A stretch of DNA of 64,000 bases, from positions 40,249 through 104,248 of the forward strand of contig JANLYQ010000014.1 in assembly GCA_031365725.1 (NCBI GenBank), read 5' to 3'. This document shows positions 27,834-36,492 of this stretch, piece by piece (positions within the stretch are counted from its first letter, which is position 1; each line of letters opens with the position of its first letter). The stretch is from Sporichthyaceae bacterium (GTDB lineage: Bacteria; Actinomycetota; Actinomycetes; JACCUZ01). The notes under the pieces were generated by a model that was not told the origin of the DNA, ran no database searches, and was given only the letters and a program-made list of their open reading frames with translations. The position numbers and the translations under genes were made by a program.

Positions 27834-29690
27834 GTGCGTCCAGAGCCGGGCCTCGGTGGCCATGCCGATCCGTCGTTGAGCTATCCGGCCGACGACCCGG
27901 GCGACCTGCTCGACGCGGCGGTGCGCTGCGCCCGTCTCGCGGGGTTCGCCGTCGATGCCCGGGCCGGATTGACGGCTCTGGGTGTGGGGCTGCAGGGCGC
28001 GTGGGAGGGCTCGGCTGCGCGCGGCTGTCACGACGAGCTGGTGGCCGCATCGGCAACGGTGGCGGCTGTGGTGCCGGCGCTGCACGGGGCCGTGCCCTTG
28101 TTTCGACGGCACGCGGAGGTGCTCGCATCGGCGCGGGCCGAGATCGACGGGCTGCGCCGCGAGCTGGCCGACCTGCTGGAGGCGCGTCGGCACGCGCTCG
28201 CGGTCGAGGCGGCAGCCGGGTCGGCCACTCTGGCTGCCCTGCCCGCTCTCCCGTCGTCGGGTCATCGTGGGGAGCCGGTGGGGCTGCGGGACCAGGCGGC
28301 TCGCGCCGTCGCGGCTGAGCAGGTCGCTGCGCTTGCAGCGCTGCGGGCCCGGCATGCCGCGGTGCTGGACCAGGTGCGCCTCCATGCGCGAGGCACCGGG
28401 GGCGGGCTCGCCCTTGCGGCCGCTGACGTGCTGCCGCACGTCCGGTCTCAGGGCCACGGGGGGAAGTCGCACGCCGACCTACCGAGCAGCAACGGCGGGG
28501 TGCGAGGAGTCGGCGATCAGGAGGCCCAGCTGGTGGCGCGTCTGCCCTTGCTGGCCGCGGCCCGGCTAGCGGCCGGTGTCACGCTCGCCGGCCCGGCGCC
28601 GGCCACCGGCACACCAGCCGACCAGGTGCGGCAGTGGTGGTCGGCCTTGACCACCGACGAGCAGCAGCGCGTCGTCCGGCAGCAGGCGCGGGCCGTCGGA
28701 GGCTTGGACGGGCTGCCCGCCGCAGTCCGCAGTGCAGCCAATGAGCAGCGGCTCGGTGCTGCAGTGGCCCGTCTGGCCGGTCGGTCGGACCCGACCGAGG
28801 CCGAGGCCCGACTGCTGGCGACCTGCCTGCTGCTTCGCGCGCTGCTGGCGAAGATCCGTGGTCACCGCGACCCGGCGAGTCTGGTCCCCGACACCGCAGC
28901 GCTGCTGGTGTGGCGCCCGGCCGCCTATGCCGCGCAGGGTCGGGCTGCACTCGTGGTCGGCGACCTGGACCGGGCCGACAACGTCGCCGTGCTGGTGCCG
29001 GGCTTCGGCACCGACGTACGCGGCTCGATGCACGGCATGACGACCGACGCGCTGCGGGTCACCGACCAGGCCCGACGCGAGGTGCCGGACCAGACGACGG
29101 CGACGGTGGCGTGGGTCGGCTACGACGCGCCCGGGGTGCTGGGGGTGGGCTTCTCCGCCGCTGCCCGGGCGGGGGCTGTCGTCCTCGCGCACGACCTGCT
29201 CGGTCTGCAAGCAGCCCGGTCGCTGCCGCCGCACCTCACCGTGGTCGGCCACTCCTACGGCAGCACCACAGCTGGCACTGCCCTGCGCGACGACCGCACC
29301 GGAGCCGACGACCTCGTGCTGCTGGGCAGTCCCGGCGCCGGGGTGGACCGCGCTACGGCCTTCGGTCTCGGGCCGGGTCATGTGTTCGTGGGCGCGAGCA
29401 GTCGTGACCCGGTGAGCTACCTGGAGCGGTTCGGCACGGACCCCACCCACGCCGGCTTCGGCGGTGTCCGGTTCCGGGCCGAGGACCCGACCCGCTCGCC
29501 ATGGCACCTCGCGGTCGGGGACCACCTCAAGTACTACAACGCAGGCAGTGAGTCCCTGACCAACATCGTGCATGTGGTGGTAGGCGAGGGGTCCGACGTC
29601 ACGCTGGCCGACTACCGCCCCGACGTGCCGTGGCGGCCGGAAGGCATCAGCGACGACCCCGAGACCTACCGTGTCCCGAAGACGCGGTGA
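27834..29690 (+). CDS. WxG-domain plus DUF1023 (Abhydrolase_8) alpha/beta hydrolase
   Basis: N-terminal helical region with GAWEGSAA; VGGLDGLPAAVRSAAN, AVLVPGFG, WVGYDAP, GHSYGS, LLGSPG, RDPV, DHLKYY (Ser-Asp-His). Confidence 0.82.
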   Translation: MRPEPGLGGHADPSLSYPADDPGDLLDAAVRCARLAGFAVDARAGLTALGVGLQGAWEGSAARGCHDELVAASATVAAVVPALHGAVPLFRRHAEVLASARAEIDGLRRELADLLEARRHALAVEAAAGSATLAALPALPSSGHRGEPVGLRDQAARAVAAEQVAALAALRARHAAVLDQVRLHARGTGGGLALAAADVLPHVRSQGHGGKSHADLPSSNGGVRGVGDQEAQLVARLPLLAAARLAAGVTLAGPAPATGTPADQVRQWWSALTTDEQQRVVRQQARAVGGLDGLPAAVRSAANEQRLGAAVARLAGRSDPTEAEARLLATCLLLRALLAKIRGHRDPASLVPDTAALLVWRPAAYAAQGRAALVVGDLDRADNVAVLVPGFGTDVRGSMHGMTTDALRVTDQARREVPDQTTATVAWVGYDAPGVLGVGFSAAARAGAVVLAHDLLGLQAARSLPPHLTVVGHSYGSTTAGTALRDDRTGADDLVLLGSPGAGVDRATAFGLGPGHVFVGASSRDPVSYLERFGTDPTHAGFGGVRFRAEDPTRSPWHLAVGDHLKYYNAGSESLTNIVHVVVGEGSDVTLADYRPDVPWRPEGISDDPETYRVPKTR

Positions 29691-29703
29691 GGCAGGAGGT
29701 CTG

Positions 29704-29868
29704 ATGGAGGAACCGGTGCGGTGCGCGAGCTGTGGCGCGCAGGCCGAGCACCCGCCGCTGGGTTGGTCCCTGTCGGTGGAGAACGGCGTGCGCGTGCACC
29801 GCTGCGACGCGTGCAGCCGGGAGCAGGTGCGCTCGATGGAGGCCAAGCTCGACCCCGAGTGGTGGTGA
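29704..29868 (+). CDS. Small zinc-ribbon protein (54 aa)
   Basis: CASC...CDAC, ends EAKLDPEWW; AGGAGG RBS. Confidence 0.75.
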   Translation: MEEPVRCASCGAQAEHPPLGWSLSVENGVRVHRCDACSREQVRSMEAKLDPEWW

Positions 29869-29888
29869 GTCCTCAGTTCGAGGGGCCG

Positions 29889-31307
29889 CTAGGTAGCCGG
29901 CTTGGCAGTCTTCTTCGGCCGTGCTGTCTTGCCGGCTGGAGTCGCCGTGTCTGCCACCGATGTCTTGGGCGCGGCCGGTTTCCTGCGTCGCGGCGGCGGG
30001 CTGGCGAAGCCGGGCAGCAGCGACTCCAGCTCAGCGCGCCAGTGCCCCTCGGCCTCGAGCTGACACAACACTCCGATCGTGCCGGCCGTGACCCGGTGGA
30101 TGAGCAGGTACTCCGGCGGCAGGTTGAGCTGCAGGCCCGTGCTGTACGCCGGTGAGCGCGGGTCGCCGAACCGCAGCGCCTGGGCGCGTAGCCACGAGCG
30201 ACTGAAGCGGAACGTCTGGGCCTGCGCGGGTTCGAGGATGGGCTCGAGGTAGCCGAGCAGCCGGTCGGCGTCGAGGTTCACCCCGCGGCGTACGAAGCCC
30301 TCGTCGGCCAAGCCGTCGAACACGCCTTGGGCATCACCGTCCACGGCTTTGCGCAGCAACGATCCGATCGGCGCAGGCAGCCCGTCCGGCAGCCGGTTGA
30401 CCGCGCCGTAGTCCAGGACGACAAGCCGGTTGTCCTCGGAGAGGCGGAAGTTGCCGGGGTGCGGGTCGGCGTGCAGCAGCCCGGCACGCGTGGGGCCGGT
30501 GAACAGGAACCGCGTGAGCAGCAGGCCGGCCCGGTCGCGCTGGGCGCGGGTGCCGCGCGACACGATGCGCGACATCGGGATCCCGTCGACCCACTCGCTG
30601 ACCAGCACCTGCCCGGTGCCGTGCACCACCTTGGGCACCAAGACGTCGGAGTCACCGTCGAAGGCGGCCGCGAACCGGGACTGGCTCTCGGCCTCGAGGC
30701 GGTAGTCGAGCTCTTCGGCCACCCGCGCCTTGAGCTCGGCCACCAGTGGCTTGACCTCCAGCCCCGGCACGATGATGCCAACCAGCCGGCTCATCCGGCC
30801 GATCTGGTTGAGGTCGGAGAGCAGAGCCTGGCCGGCGCCGGGGTACTGCACCTTGACGGCCACCTCGCGCCCGTCGGCCCAGACAGCGCGGTGCACCTGC
30901 CCGATCGAGGCGGCAGCAGCCGGGGTGTCGTTGAACGAGGTGAACAGTGTGCGCCAGTCGGCGCCGAGCTCCCGGGCCAGCACCCGGTGCACGGAGGCGG
31001 CGGGCAGCGGCGGCGCGGCGTCCTGCAGCTTGGTCAGCGTCTCGCGGTAAGGCCCGGCCAGGTTCTCGGGAAGTGCTGCCTCGAACACTGACATGGCCTG
31101 GCCGAACTTCATCGCCCCGCCCTTGAGCTCGCCGAGCACCTTGAACAGCTGCTCAGCCGTGCGGGCCTGCACCTCCGCGGCGACGATCTCAGCCGGTCGG
31201 CCGCCGAGGCGTCGACCCAGGCCGAGAGTGGCACGGCCCGCGTAACCCAGCGGCAGCCCGGCCAGGCGCACGGTGCGGGAGGCCGCCCGCCGCGGGAGAT
31301 CGTTCAC
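29889..31307 (-). CDS. ABC1/UbiB (AarF) family atypical kinase
   Basis: LKGGAMKFGQ, AAASIGQVH, VAVKVQYPG, EELDY, HADPHPGNF, LDYG. Confidence 0.93.
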   Translation of the reverse strand: MNDLPRRAASRTVRLAGLPLGYAGRATLGLGRRLGGRPAEIVAAEVQARTAEQLFKVLGELKGGAMKFGQAMSVFEAALPENLAGPYRETLTKLQDAAPPLPAASVHRVLARELGADWRTLFTSFNDTPAAAASIGQVHRAVWADGREVAVKVQYPGAGQALLSDLNQIGRMSRLVGIIVPGLEVKPLVAELKARVAEELDYRLEAESQSRFAAAFDGDSDVLVPKVVHGTGQVLVSEWVDGIPMSRIVSRGTRAQRDRAGLLLTRFLFTGPTRAGLLHADPHPGNFRLSEDNRLVVLDYGAVNRLPDGLPAPIGSLLRKAVDGDAQGVFDGLADEGFVRRGVNLDADRLLGYLEPILEPAQAQTFRFSRSWLRAQALRFGDPRSPAYSTGLQLNLPPEYLLIHRVTAGTIGVLCQLEAEGHWRAELESLLPGFASPPPRRRKPAAPKTSVADTATPAGKTARPKKTAKPAT

Positions 31308-31317
31308 CAGGCCATTG

Positions 31318-32436
31318 TCACCCGGGGCCATCGGCCGCCAGTCGGTGGTCCCTGCGCACGACGTCGCGGGGCTCCCCCCAGGCGCTGCCGCACCCACACG
31401 CAGGGTGCGGGATCCACGTGCGCCGGCGTACGCGCCCGTCGGACTGCGCGATCTCGATGGTGCCGTCGACCGCCAGCGGGCGAGGGTCGCCGTCAAGGAA
31501 GGCGATGACCTGGAGCGCGGCGTGCGCGGCCACGGCCATCGCGAGCACCACGTCGCAGGCGACCGCCGCGGACGGTGCGTCGTCGCGCGTCGAGATCCGA
31601 TCAGTCCACCCCGGGTCGCGGTCGCCGCGGTGCAGGTCGTGGCAGCGCAGGCAGGCCGACTCGCCGGGGAGCACGAAGGGACCGATGATGCCTGTGGTCT
31701 CGCGGACCCGGACCACCAGGTGCGGCAGACCGGCCCGTACGAGCAGGTCGGTCGAGGCGAGGTCACGCGGCGACGGCAGGCCGGCCACGGTCAGGACGGT
31801 CACATCGGCCGACCGTCCCCGCGGCAGGCGGGCGCGCAACGAGGGCGCCGACCGTCGCGCCGCCATCAACGCCGCCTCGCGACGGGGCAGGTCCAGCTGG
31901 TCCGGCTGGGCACCCGCGGGCGCAAGGTCGCTGGGGACCGTGGGCGCAGCGTCCTCCACCACGATCGTCCCGACCCCCGCGGCCGCGAGCAGGTGTACGA
32001 CCGATGCGCCCACCCGGGCCGCACCGAGGACGGTGACGGCTGCTCGTCGGCGCCGGGTCAGCACCTCGATCCCGCCGCTGCGCCCGGGTCGGGCCAGGCT
32101 TGCGGCGGCCACGTCCGGGCCGAGGCGGTCCCGCTCGCCCTGCGAGAGCGTGGCCAACGCGCGGTGATCGGCAGCGGCGTCCTCGAGCACCCCGGCCTGG
32201 TCGAGCAGCTCGAGCAGCTCGTAGGCGCGGGCCGGCTCGACGCCGGCGGCGGCGGCTTCGCCCAGCAAGCGGGGCAGGTCCGCGGACCCGTCCAGCGCCT
32301 CGATCAGCCGGCCGGTCGCCGGGTCAAGTCCGCCGATGAGCACGGCGTGGTCGGGGCTCAGCCCGAGCTGCAGGGTGCTGTCATCGCGCCACGTTCGGCG
32401 CAAGGCCGGCTTGAGCGCAGGTCGTCGGTGCTCCAT
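31318..32436 (-). CDS. ThiF-like/TOMM leader-binding-domain protein (Rv3196-like)
   Basis: RPALKPALRRTWRDDSTLQLG, GAARVG..LAAAGVG, GPFVLPGESACLRC, HPACGC. Confidence 0.8.
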   Translation of the reverse strand: MEHRRPALKPALRRTWRDDSTLQLGLSPDHAVLIGGLDPATGRLIEALDGSADLPRLLGEAAAAGVEPARAYELLELLDQAGVLEDAAADHRALATLSQGERDRLGPDVAAASLARPGRSGGIEVLTRRRRAAVTVLGAARVGASVVHLLAAAGVGTIVVEDAAPTVPSDLAPAGAQPDQLDLPRREAALMAARRSAPSLRARLPRGRSADVTVLTVAGLPSPRDLASTDLLVRAGLPHLVVRVRETTGIIGPFVLPGESACLRCHDLHRGDRDPGWTDRISTRDDAPSAAVACDVVLAMAVAAHAALQVIAFLDGDPRPLAVDGTIEIAQSDGRVRRRTWIPHPACGCGSAWGEPRDVVRRDHRLAADGPG

Positions 32437-32536
32437 CTGACCGAGACTGGCACCGTCGCGGCACTCGAGCAGCCTGGCGTCCACAGCCCCGACGGTCCCT
32501 GGGGACAACCGCCGCTGAACCTGTTTGCCAGCCGCG

Positions 32537-32703
32537 GGTGGTGCGGGGGTGTCGAGTGGCGGAACCTGGTGGTGCGGGGGTGTCGAGTGGCGGAACCTGG
32601 TGGTGCGGGGGTGTCGAGTGGCGGAACCTGGTGGTGCGGGCGTGTCGAGTGGCGGAACCTGGTGGTGCGGGCCCGCCTGAGAACCGCCAAGTTCCGCCAC
32701 TCG
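32537..32703. repeat. 31-bp tandem repeat (4.3 copies) plus one inverted partial copy; REP-like palindrome
   Basis: GGTGGTGCGGGGGTGTCGAGTGGCGGAACCT at 32537, 32568, 32599, 32630; inverted ACCGCCAAGTTCCGCCACTCG at 32683-32703. Confidence 0.9.
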
Positions 32704-32809
32704 GCGAGACCATGGTGCCGAGATCGAGTGCTCCTACGCCGCGCGTCCTCGATTCCGTACGGCGTGTCGGGAGCTGTTGATCACTCGGGGCGGGGCGGGG
32801 CGGGGCGGG

Positions 32810-34144
32810 TCAGGCGATGCCGCAGATGTCGAGGGCGAGCAGGGCGAGCGCCCGGCTGGCTGTGTGCACCTCGACGAGGGGGACGCGTTCGTCGGGTGCA
32901 TGCGCATGGACCGCGTCGCCAGGGCCGTACTGCAGGGTGGGCATGCCGGCGCCCTGCAGCAACCGGAGGTCCGAGCCGTACGGCGCGCCGAGCTGGCGTG
33001 GCACCCGACCGGTCCCGGCGGCAGCGGCGGACAGCGCCACACCGGTCGCGGCGGCCGAGGCCGGCATTGATCCACGGGAGGCAGCGATGTGCGCGGCCGA
33101 CATCCGAGCAGCGAGGTCGCTGTCGGCAGCGAGCCGGCCGGGCGCGAACTGGCCGCCCCACCACTGCACGGTCACCGGGTGTGCGCGCAGCCACGGGTCG
33201 TCGTCACCGGCGGACGCGATCGCCTCCTCCAGCGCCGAGCGGGCGTGCTCGACCGGCTCGCCGAGGGCGACCCCGAGCCGCCCTTCAGCGACCAGCAGGT
33301 CGGGCACGCTGGAGGCCCAGTCACCGGACTGCACGCGGCCGATCGAGATCGGGTAAGGCAGCGCCCAGCTCGCCATCAGCGGGTCGACGTCGCGGTTGCG
33401 GGCCGTCTCCAGCCGCGTGAGAGCCGCCAGCACCGGCACCAGCTTGTCGACTGCGCTCACACCCTCGGAGCGCCGCGACGCATGCGTGGCCTTGCCCGCG
33501 ATGCGCAGCCGGAAGGTCAGCGCCCCGGCGTTGGCGACCAGCAGGTCCAGGCTGGTCGGCTCGGGGATCACGCACGCATCAGCCCGCCACCCGCGCCGCA
33601 GCGTCGCGTAGGTGCCGAGGCCGCCGTCCTCCTCCCCGGCTACGCACGCGATCAGCAGGTCACCGCGCAGTGGCACCCCTGACCGGCGTACGGCGGTCAC
33701 CGCAGCGATCGCCGACGCGACGCCGGCCTTCATGTCGCACGCCCCCCGGCCGAACAGCTCGCCGTCGACCACGCGCCCCGAGAACGGGTCGGGGCTGCTC
33801 CACCGCGCGAGGTCGCCGGTCGGCACCACGTCGATGTGACCGTCGAGCATCACGCTCGGCCCGTCACCTCGACCCGGCAGCCGCCCCACCAGGCCCCAGG
33901 CCTCGGTGCGCTCGACCTCCACGCCGGGAAAGTCCGGCTCGGCCATCAGCGTGTCCAGCGGCAGTCGCCAGTGGTCGACGTCCAGCCCGGCCTGGTCGAG
34001 CTGGCGGGCGAGGTCGGCCTGGATGTCGTGCTCGGCGTCGGTGCCGCCGATGCTGGGGGTCGCCACCAGGTCGGCGAGGGCACGCTCGGTCGCAGCAGCG
34101 GCCGCGTCGACCTCGGCCAGCACCCGGGCAGCCCAGTCGGTCAC
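32810..34144 (-). CDS. ArgE/DapE family deacylase (M20)
   Basis: DGHIDVVP, GRGACDMKAG, GEEDGG, IPEPT, HAHAPDE. Confidence 0.9.
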   Translation of the reverse strand: MTDWAARVLAEVDAAAAATERALADLVATPSIGGTDAEHDIQADLARQLDQAGLDVDHWRLPLDTLMAEPDFPGVEVERTEAWGLVGRLPGRGDGPSVMLDGHIDVVPTGDLARWSSPDPFSGRVVDGELFGRGACDMKAGVASAIAAVTAVRRSGVPLRGDLLIACVAGEEDGGLGTYATLRRGWRADACVIPEPTSLDLLVANAGALTFRLRIAGKATHASRRSEGVSAVDKLVPVLAALTRLETARNRDVDPLMASWALPYPISIGRVQSGDWASSVPDLLVAEGRLGVALGEPVEHARSALEEAIASAGDDDPWLRAHPVTVQWWGGQFAPGRLAADSDLAARMSAAHIAASRGSMPASAAATGVALSAAAAGTGRVPRQLGAPYGSDLRLLQGAGMPTLQYGPGDAVHAHAPDERVPLVEVHTASRALALLALDICGIA

Positions 34145-34187
34145 GGAGCGAGCCTAGGGCCGCCCGCCGCAGGCCCGAGGCAGAACA

Positions 34188-34225
34188 CGACGGGACGGCC
34201 TCCCAGGTGGGAGACCGCCCCGTCG
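34188..34225. terminator. Imperfect hairpin downstream of the DUF5679 gene
   Basis: CGACGGGACGGCCTCCCA-GG-TGGGAGACCGCCCCGTCG. Confidence 0.5.
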
Positions 34226-34255
34226 AGGCGTTACAGGCGGCGTCGGCTCCGTGAA

Positions 34256-34414
34256 TCAGGCCTTGCCGAGGATGCGGTTGAGCTTGGTGCCGCACACGGG
34301 GCAGATGCCCTGGGCCATACGGCGACCCGACTCGCTGACCTTGACTTCGCCGGTGAAGTCGCGCTTCTCCTTGCACTTCACGCAGTACGCGTCTCCGGTG
34401 TAGCTCTCAGCCAC
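34256..34414 (-). CDS. DUF5679 zinc-ribbon small protein
   Basis: MAESYTGDAYCVKCKEKR...MAQGICPVCGTKLNRILGKA; GAGGAGG RBS. Confidence 0.85.
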   Translation of the reverse strand: MAESYTGDAYCVKCKEKRDFTGEVKVSESGRRMAQGICPVCGTKLNRILGKA

Positions 34415-34568
34415 GGGGTCCTCCTCGATCGGATCGGTTCGGTTCGGTGTCCGGCGGATCTGCCGTACCGGACCTTTCTCCACCCTAGAGCAGGCTCAGG
34501 CCTGAGCGTGGGAGGCGGGGGGCTGAGCGTGCGTCGGGAGGGGTCGGCGCAGACCTAGGCTGAGGGCC

Positions 34569-35477
34569 ATGAGTGAGCAGATGTACGCCGACCTGCGAGT
34601 CGACCGGCCCTTTGACCGGCCCTTTGACGGGGCAGCCGGGGCCGGCGGGGCCGGCGGGGTCGACATGGCCGACGGGGTCGCTGGGGTCGAGGGGGTCGCT
34701 GGGGTCGAGGGGGTCGTGCTGGTCACCCTCGCGCTGCCCGACCGGCGCAACATGATGTCGGCCGACATGACCGCCTCCTGGGGCCGGCTGATGGGTGACC
34801 TGGCGGCCGACACCTCGGTGCGCGTGGTGGTCGTCACGGGGGAGGGCAGCGCCTTCTGCTCGGGCGGCGACGTGTCCTGGATCGGGGCCGAGGGCTCGAC
34901 CGCGAACGGTGGCCCCACCGTCGACGCGCTGCGCACCCGGATGTTGCCGTTCTACCGGACCTGGCTGTCGGTGCGGGACCTCGACGTCCCCACCATCGCG
35001 GCCATCAACGGCCCGGCGATCGGGGCGGGTCTGGCGCTCGCGCTGGCGTGCGACCTGCGCTTTGCCGCGCAGGACGCTCGCCTGGCTGTGCCGTTCACTT
35101 CGCTCGGGATGCACCCCGGCATGGCGACGACCTACCTCCTGCCAGAGGTGGCCGGACTTGCTCTCGCCCGCGACATGCTGCTGACCGGGCGCACCCTCAC
35201 CGGCTCCGAGGCGGCCGCCGCCGGGCTGGTCAGCCGCGCGGTGCCGACCGCCGAGCTGCTGCCGACCGCCCTGGCCGCGGCCGCTGCGGTGGCCGCGGCC
35301 GCGCCGGTCGCGACCCGGCTCACGAAGCGGGCGCTGCTCGGCGGCGGGCACGCGAGCTTTGACGCGGCCCTGGAGTGGGAGGCGCTGGCCCAGCCGGTCA
35401 CCCTTGCGACCGAGGACCTGCAGGAGGGGCTGGCGGCCCGCAAAGACCGGCGTACGCCGAGATTCACCGGGCGCTGA
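34569..35477 (+). CDS. Enoyl-CoA hydratase/isomerase family protein
   Basis: TGEGSAFCSGGD, PTIAAINGPAIGAGL, ACDLR, GMHPGM; N-terminus expanded by short tandem repeats (34602-34717). Confidence 0.9.
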   Translation: MSEQMYADLRVDRPFDRPFDGAAGAGGAGGVDMADGVAGVEGVAGVEGVVLVTLALPDRRNMMSADMTASWGRLMGDLAADTSVRVVVVTGEGSAFCSGGDVSWIGAEGSTANGGPTVDALRTRMLPFYRTWLSVRDLDVPTIAAINGPAIGAGLALALACDLRFAAQDARLAVPFTSLGMHPGMATTYLLPEVAGLALARDMLLTGRTLTGSEAAAAGLVSRAVPTAELLPTALAAAAAVAAAAPVATRLTKRALLGGGHASFDAALEWEALAQPVTLATEDLQEGLAARKDRRTPRFTGR

Positions 35478-35492
35478 GCGGCGATCAGCCGG

Positions 35493-35556
35493 GTTGCGGC
35501 ACGATCGCGTTGCGGCACGGTCGTGTTGCGGCACGATGTGGTTGCGGCACGATCGG
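35493..35556. repeat. 16-bp tandem repeat, 4 copies
   Basis: GTTGCGGCACG core at 35493, 35509, 35525, 35541. Confidence 0.85.
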
Positions 35557-35563
35557 GCCTGAT

Positions 35564-35644
35564 CACGAAGCCCCCGGACCGCTCGTCCGGACCGCTCGCC
35601 TTCCCCTTGCGGTCGGGCCGGCCGGTCGTCCCGGGGGCTTCGTG
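35564..35644. terminator. Long hairpin after enoyl-CoA hydratase
   Basis: CACGAAGCCCCCGG ... CCGGGGGCTTCGTG 14-bp inverted repeat. Confidence 0.6.
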
Positions 35645-35707
35645 CTGCCGACGCTATGAGGCTCGCCTCGGGGCGTCAACGACTCGCCGCCAGATCTCGC
35701 CGCACGC

Positions 35708-35848
35708 TGTGGACAGCCCGGGGGAGCCGCTGGGGACAGCGTGGGGTGTCGCTGTGGACGGGCTCTCACCGTCCTGTGGATAACTCGGGGGAACGTAGGG
35801 GGAAACGCCGTTGACCTGCGGCGATGCGAGTCCTCGGATGTGGACGGA
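35708..35848. promoter_or_regulatory. Cluster of DnaA-box-like motifs
   Basis: TGTGGACAG 35708, TGGGGACAG 35731, TGTGGACGG 35753, perfect TGTGGATAA 35775, TGTGGACGG 35839. Confidence 0.55.
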
Positions 35849-35871
35849 AAAAAGTCGCTAGCGTTTCGGGC

Positions 35872-36492
35872 ATGACCGAGCGCCGTCCCCGGGACGCGGC
35901 TGACCAGCCGCTGGTCGACGTGCGCCGGTCGACCCGCCGGCGCCGCACGGTGTCGGCCTACCGCGACGGGGACCGCACCGTGGTCCTGATCCCGGCGCGC
36001 ATGAGCCGCGCGGAGGAAGCCCGCTGGGTGGGCCTGATGCTCGAGCGCCTCGCCACCCAGGACCGCCGGCTGCGCCCCAGCGACGACGACCTGCGGGCCC
36101 GCGCTCGGGACCTGTCCACGCGCTGGCTCGGCGGCCGCGCCCACCCGACGTCGGTGCGCTGGGTCGCCAACCAGGGCAGCCGCTGGGGATCCTGCACCCC
36201 GGTCGACGGCAGCATCCGGCTCTCCGCCCGGTTGCAGGGCATGCCGTCCTGGGTGGTCGACTACGTCCTCGTGCATGAGCTGGCGCACCTGCTGGTGCCG
36301 GGGCACGGGCCGGACTTCTGGGCCAAGGTGGAGCGCTTCCCGCGCACCGAGCGGGCCCGCGGATACCTGGAGGGCGTCTCCGCCACCGCGGGGCTGTCCA
36401 TCTCCGACGATGACTCCGATGACTCCGATGACTCCGATGCCTCCGATGCCTCCGATGACCCGCCCGACGGCACCGACCCGACCGACGCCTGA
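35872..36492 (+). CDS. M48/YgjP-like (DUF45) metallopeptidase family protein
   Basis: RRSTRRRRTVSA, RWGSCT, VDYVLVHELAHL, HGPDFW; acidic (DDS)n tail. Confidence 0.88.
   Translation: MTERRPRDAADQPLVDVRRSTRRRRTVSAYRDGDRTVVLIPARMSRAEEARWVGLMLERLATQDRRLRPSDDDLRARARDLSTRWLGGRAHPTSVRWVANQGSRWGSCTPVDGSIRLSARLQGMPSWVVDYVLVHELAHLLVPGHGPDFWAKVERFPRTERARGYLEGVSATAGLSISDDDSDDSDDSDASDASDDPPDGTDPTDA

Noticed and set aside
31318-32436. TOMM/RiPP biosynthetic cluster
   Set aside because: No YcaO, dehydrogenase or precursor peptide; gene sits in its usual housekeeping position
32537-32703. 31-bp repeats as a CRISPR array
   Set aside because: Units are contiguous with no unique spacers and no cas genes are in the window
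35493-35556. 16-bp repeats as a mini-CRISPR
   Set aside because: Repeat core (11 bp) and linkers (5 bp) are far too short
35708-35848. Replication origin
   Set aside because: No dnaA/dnaN or rep gene nearby and no AT-rich unwinding element
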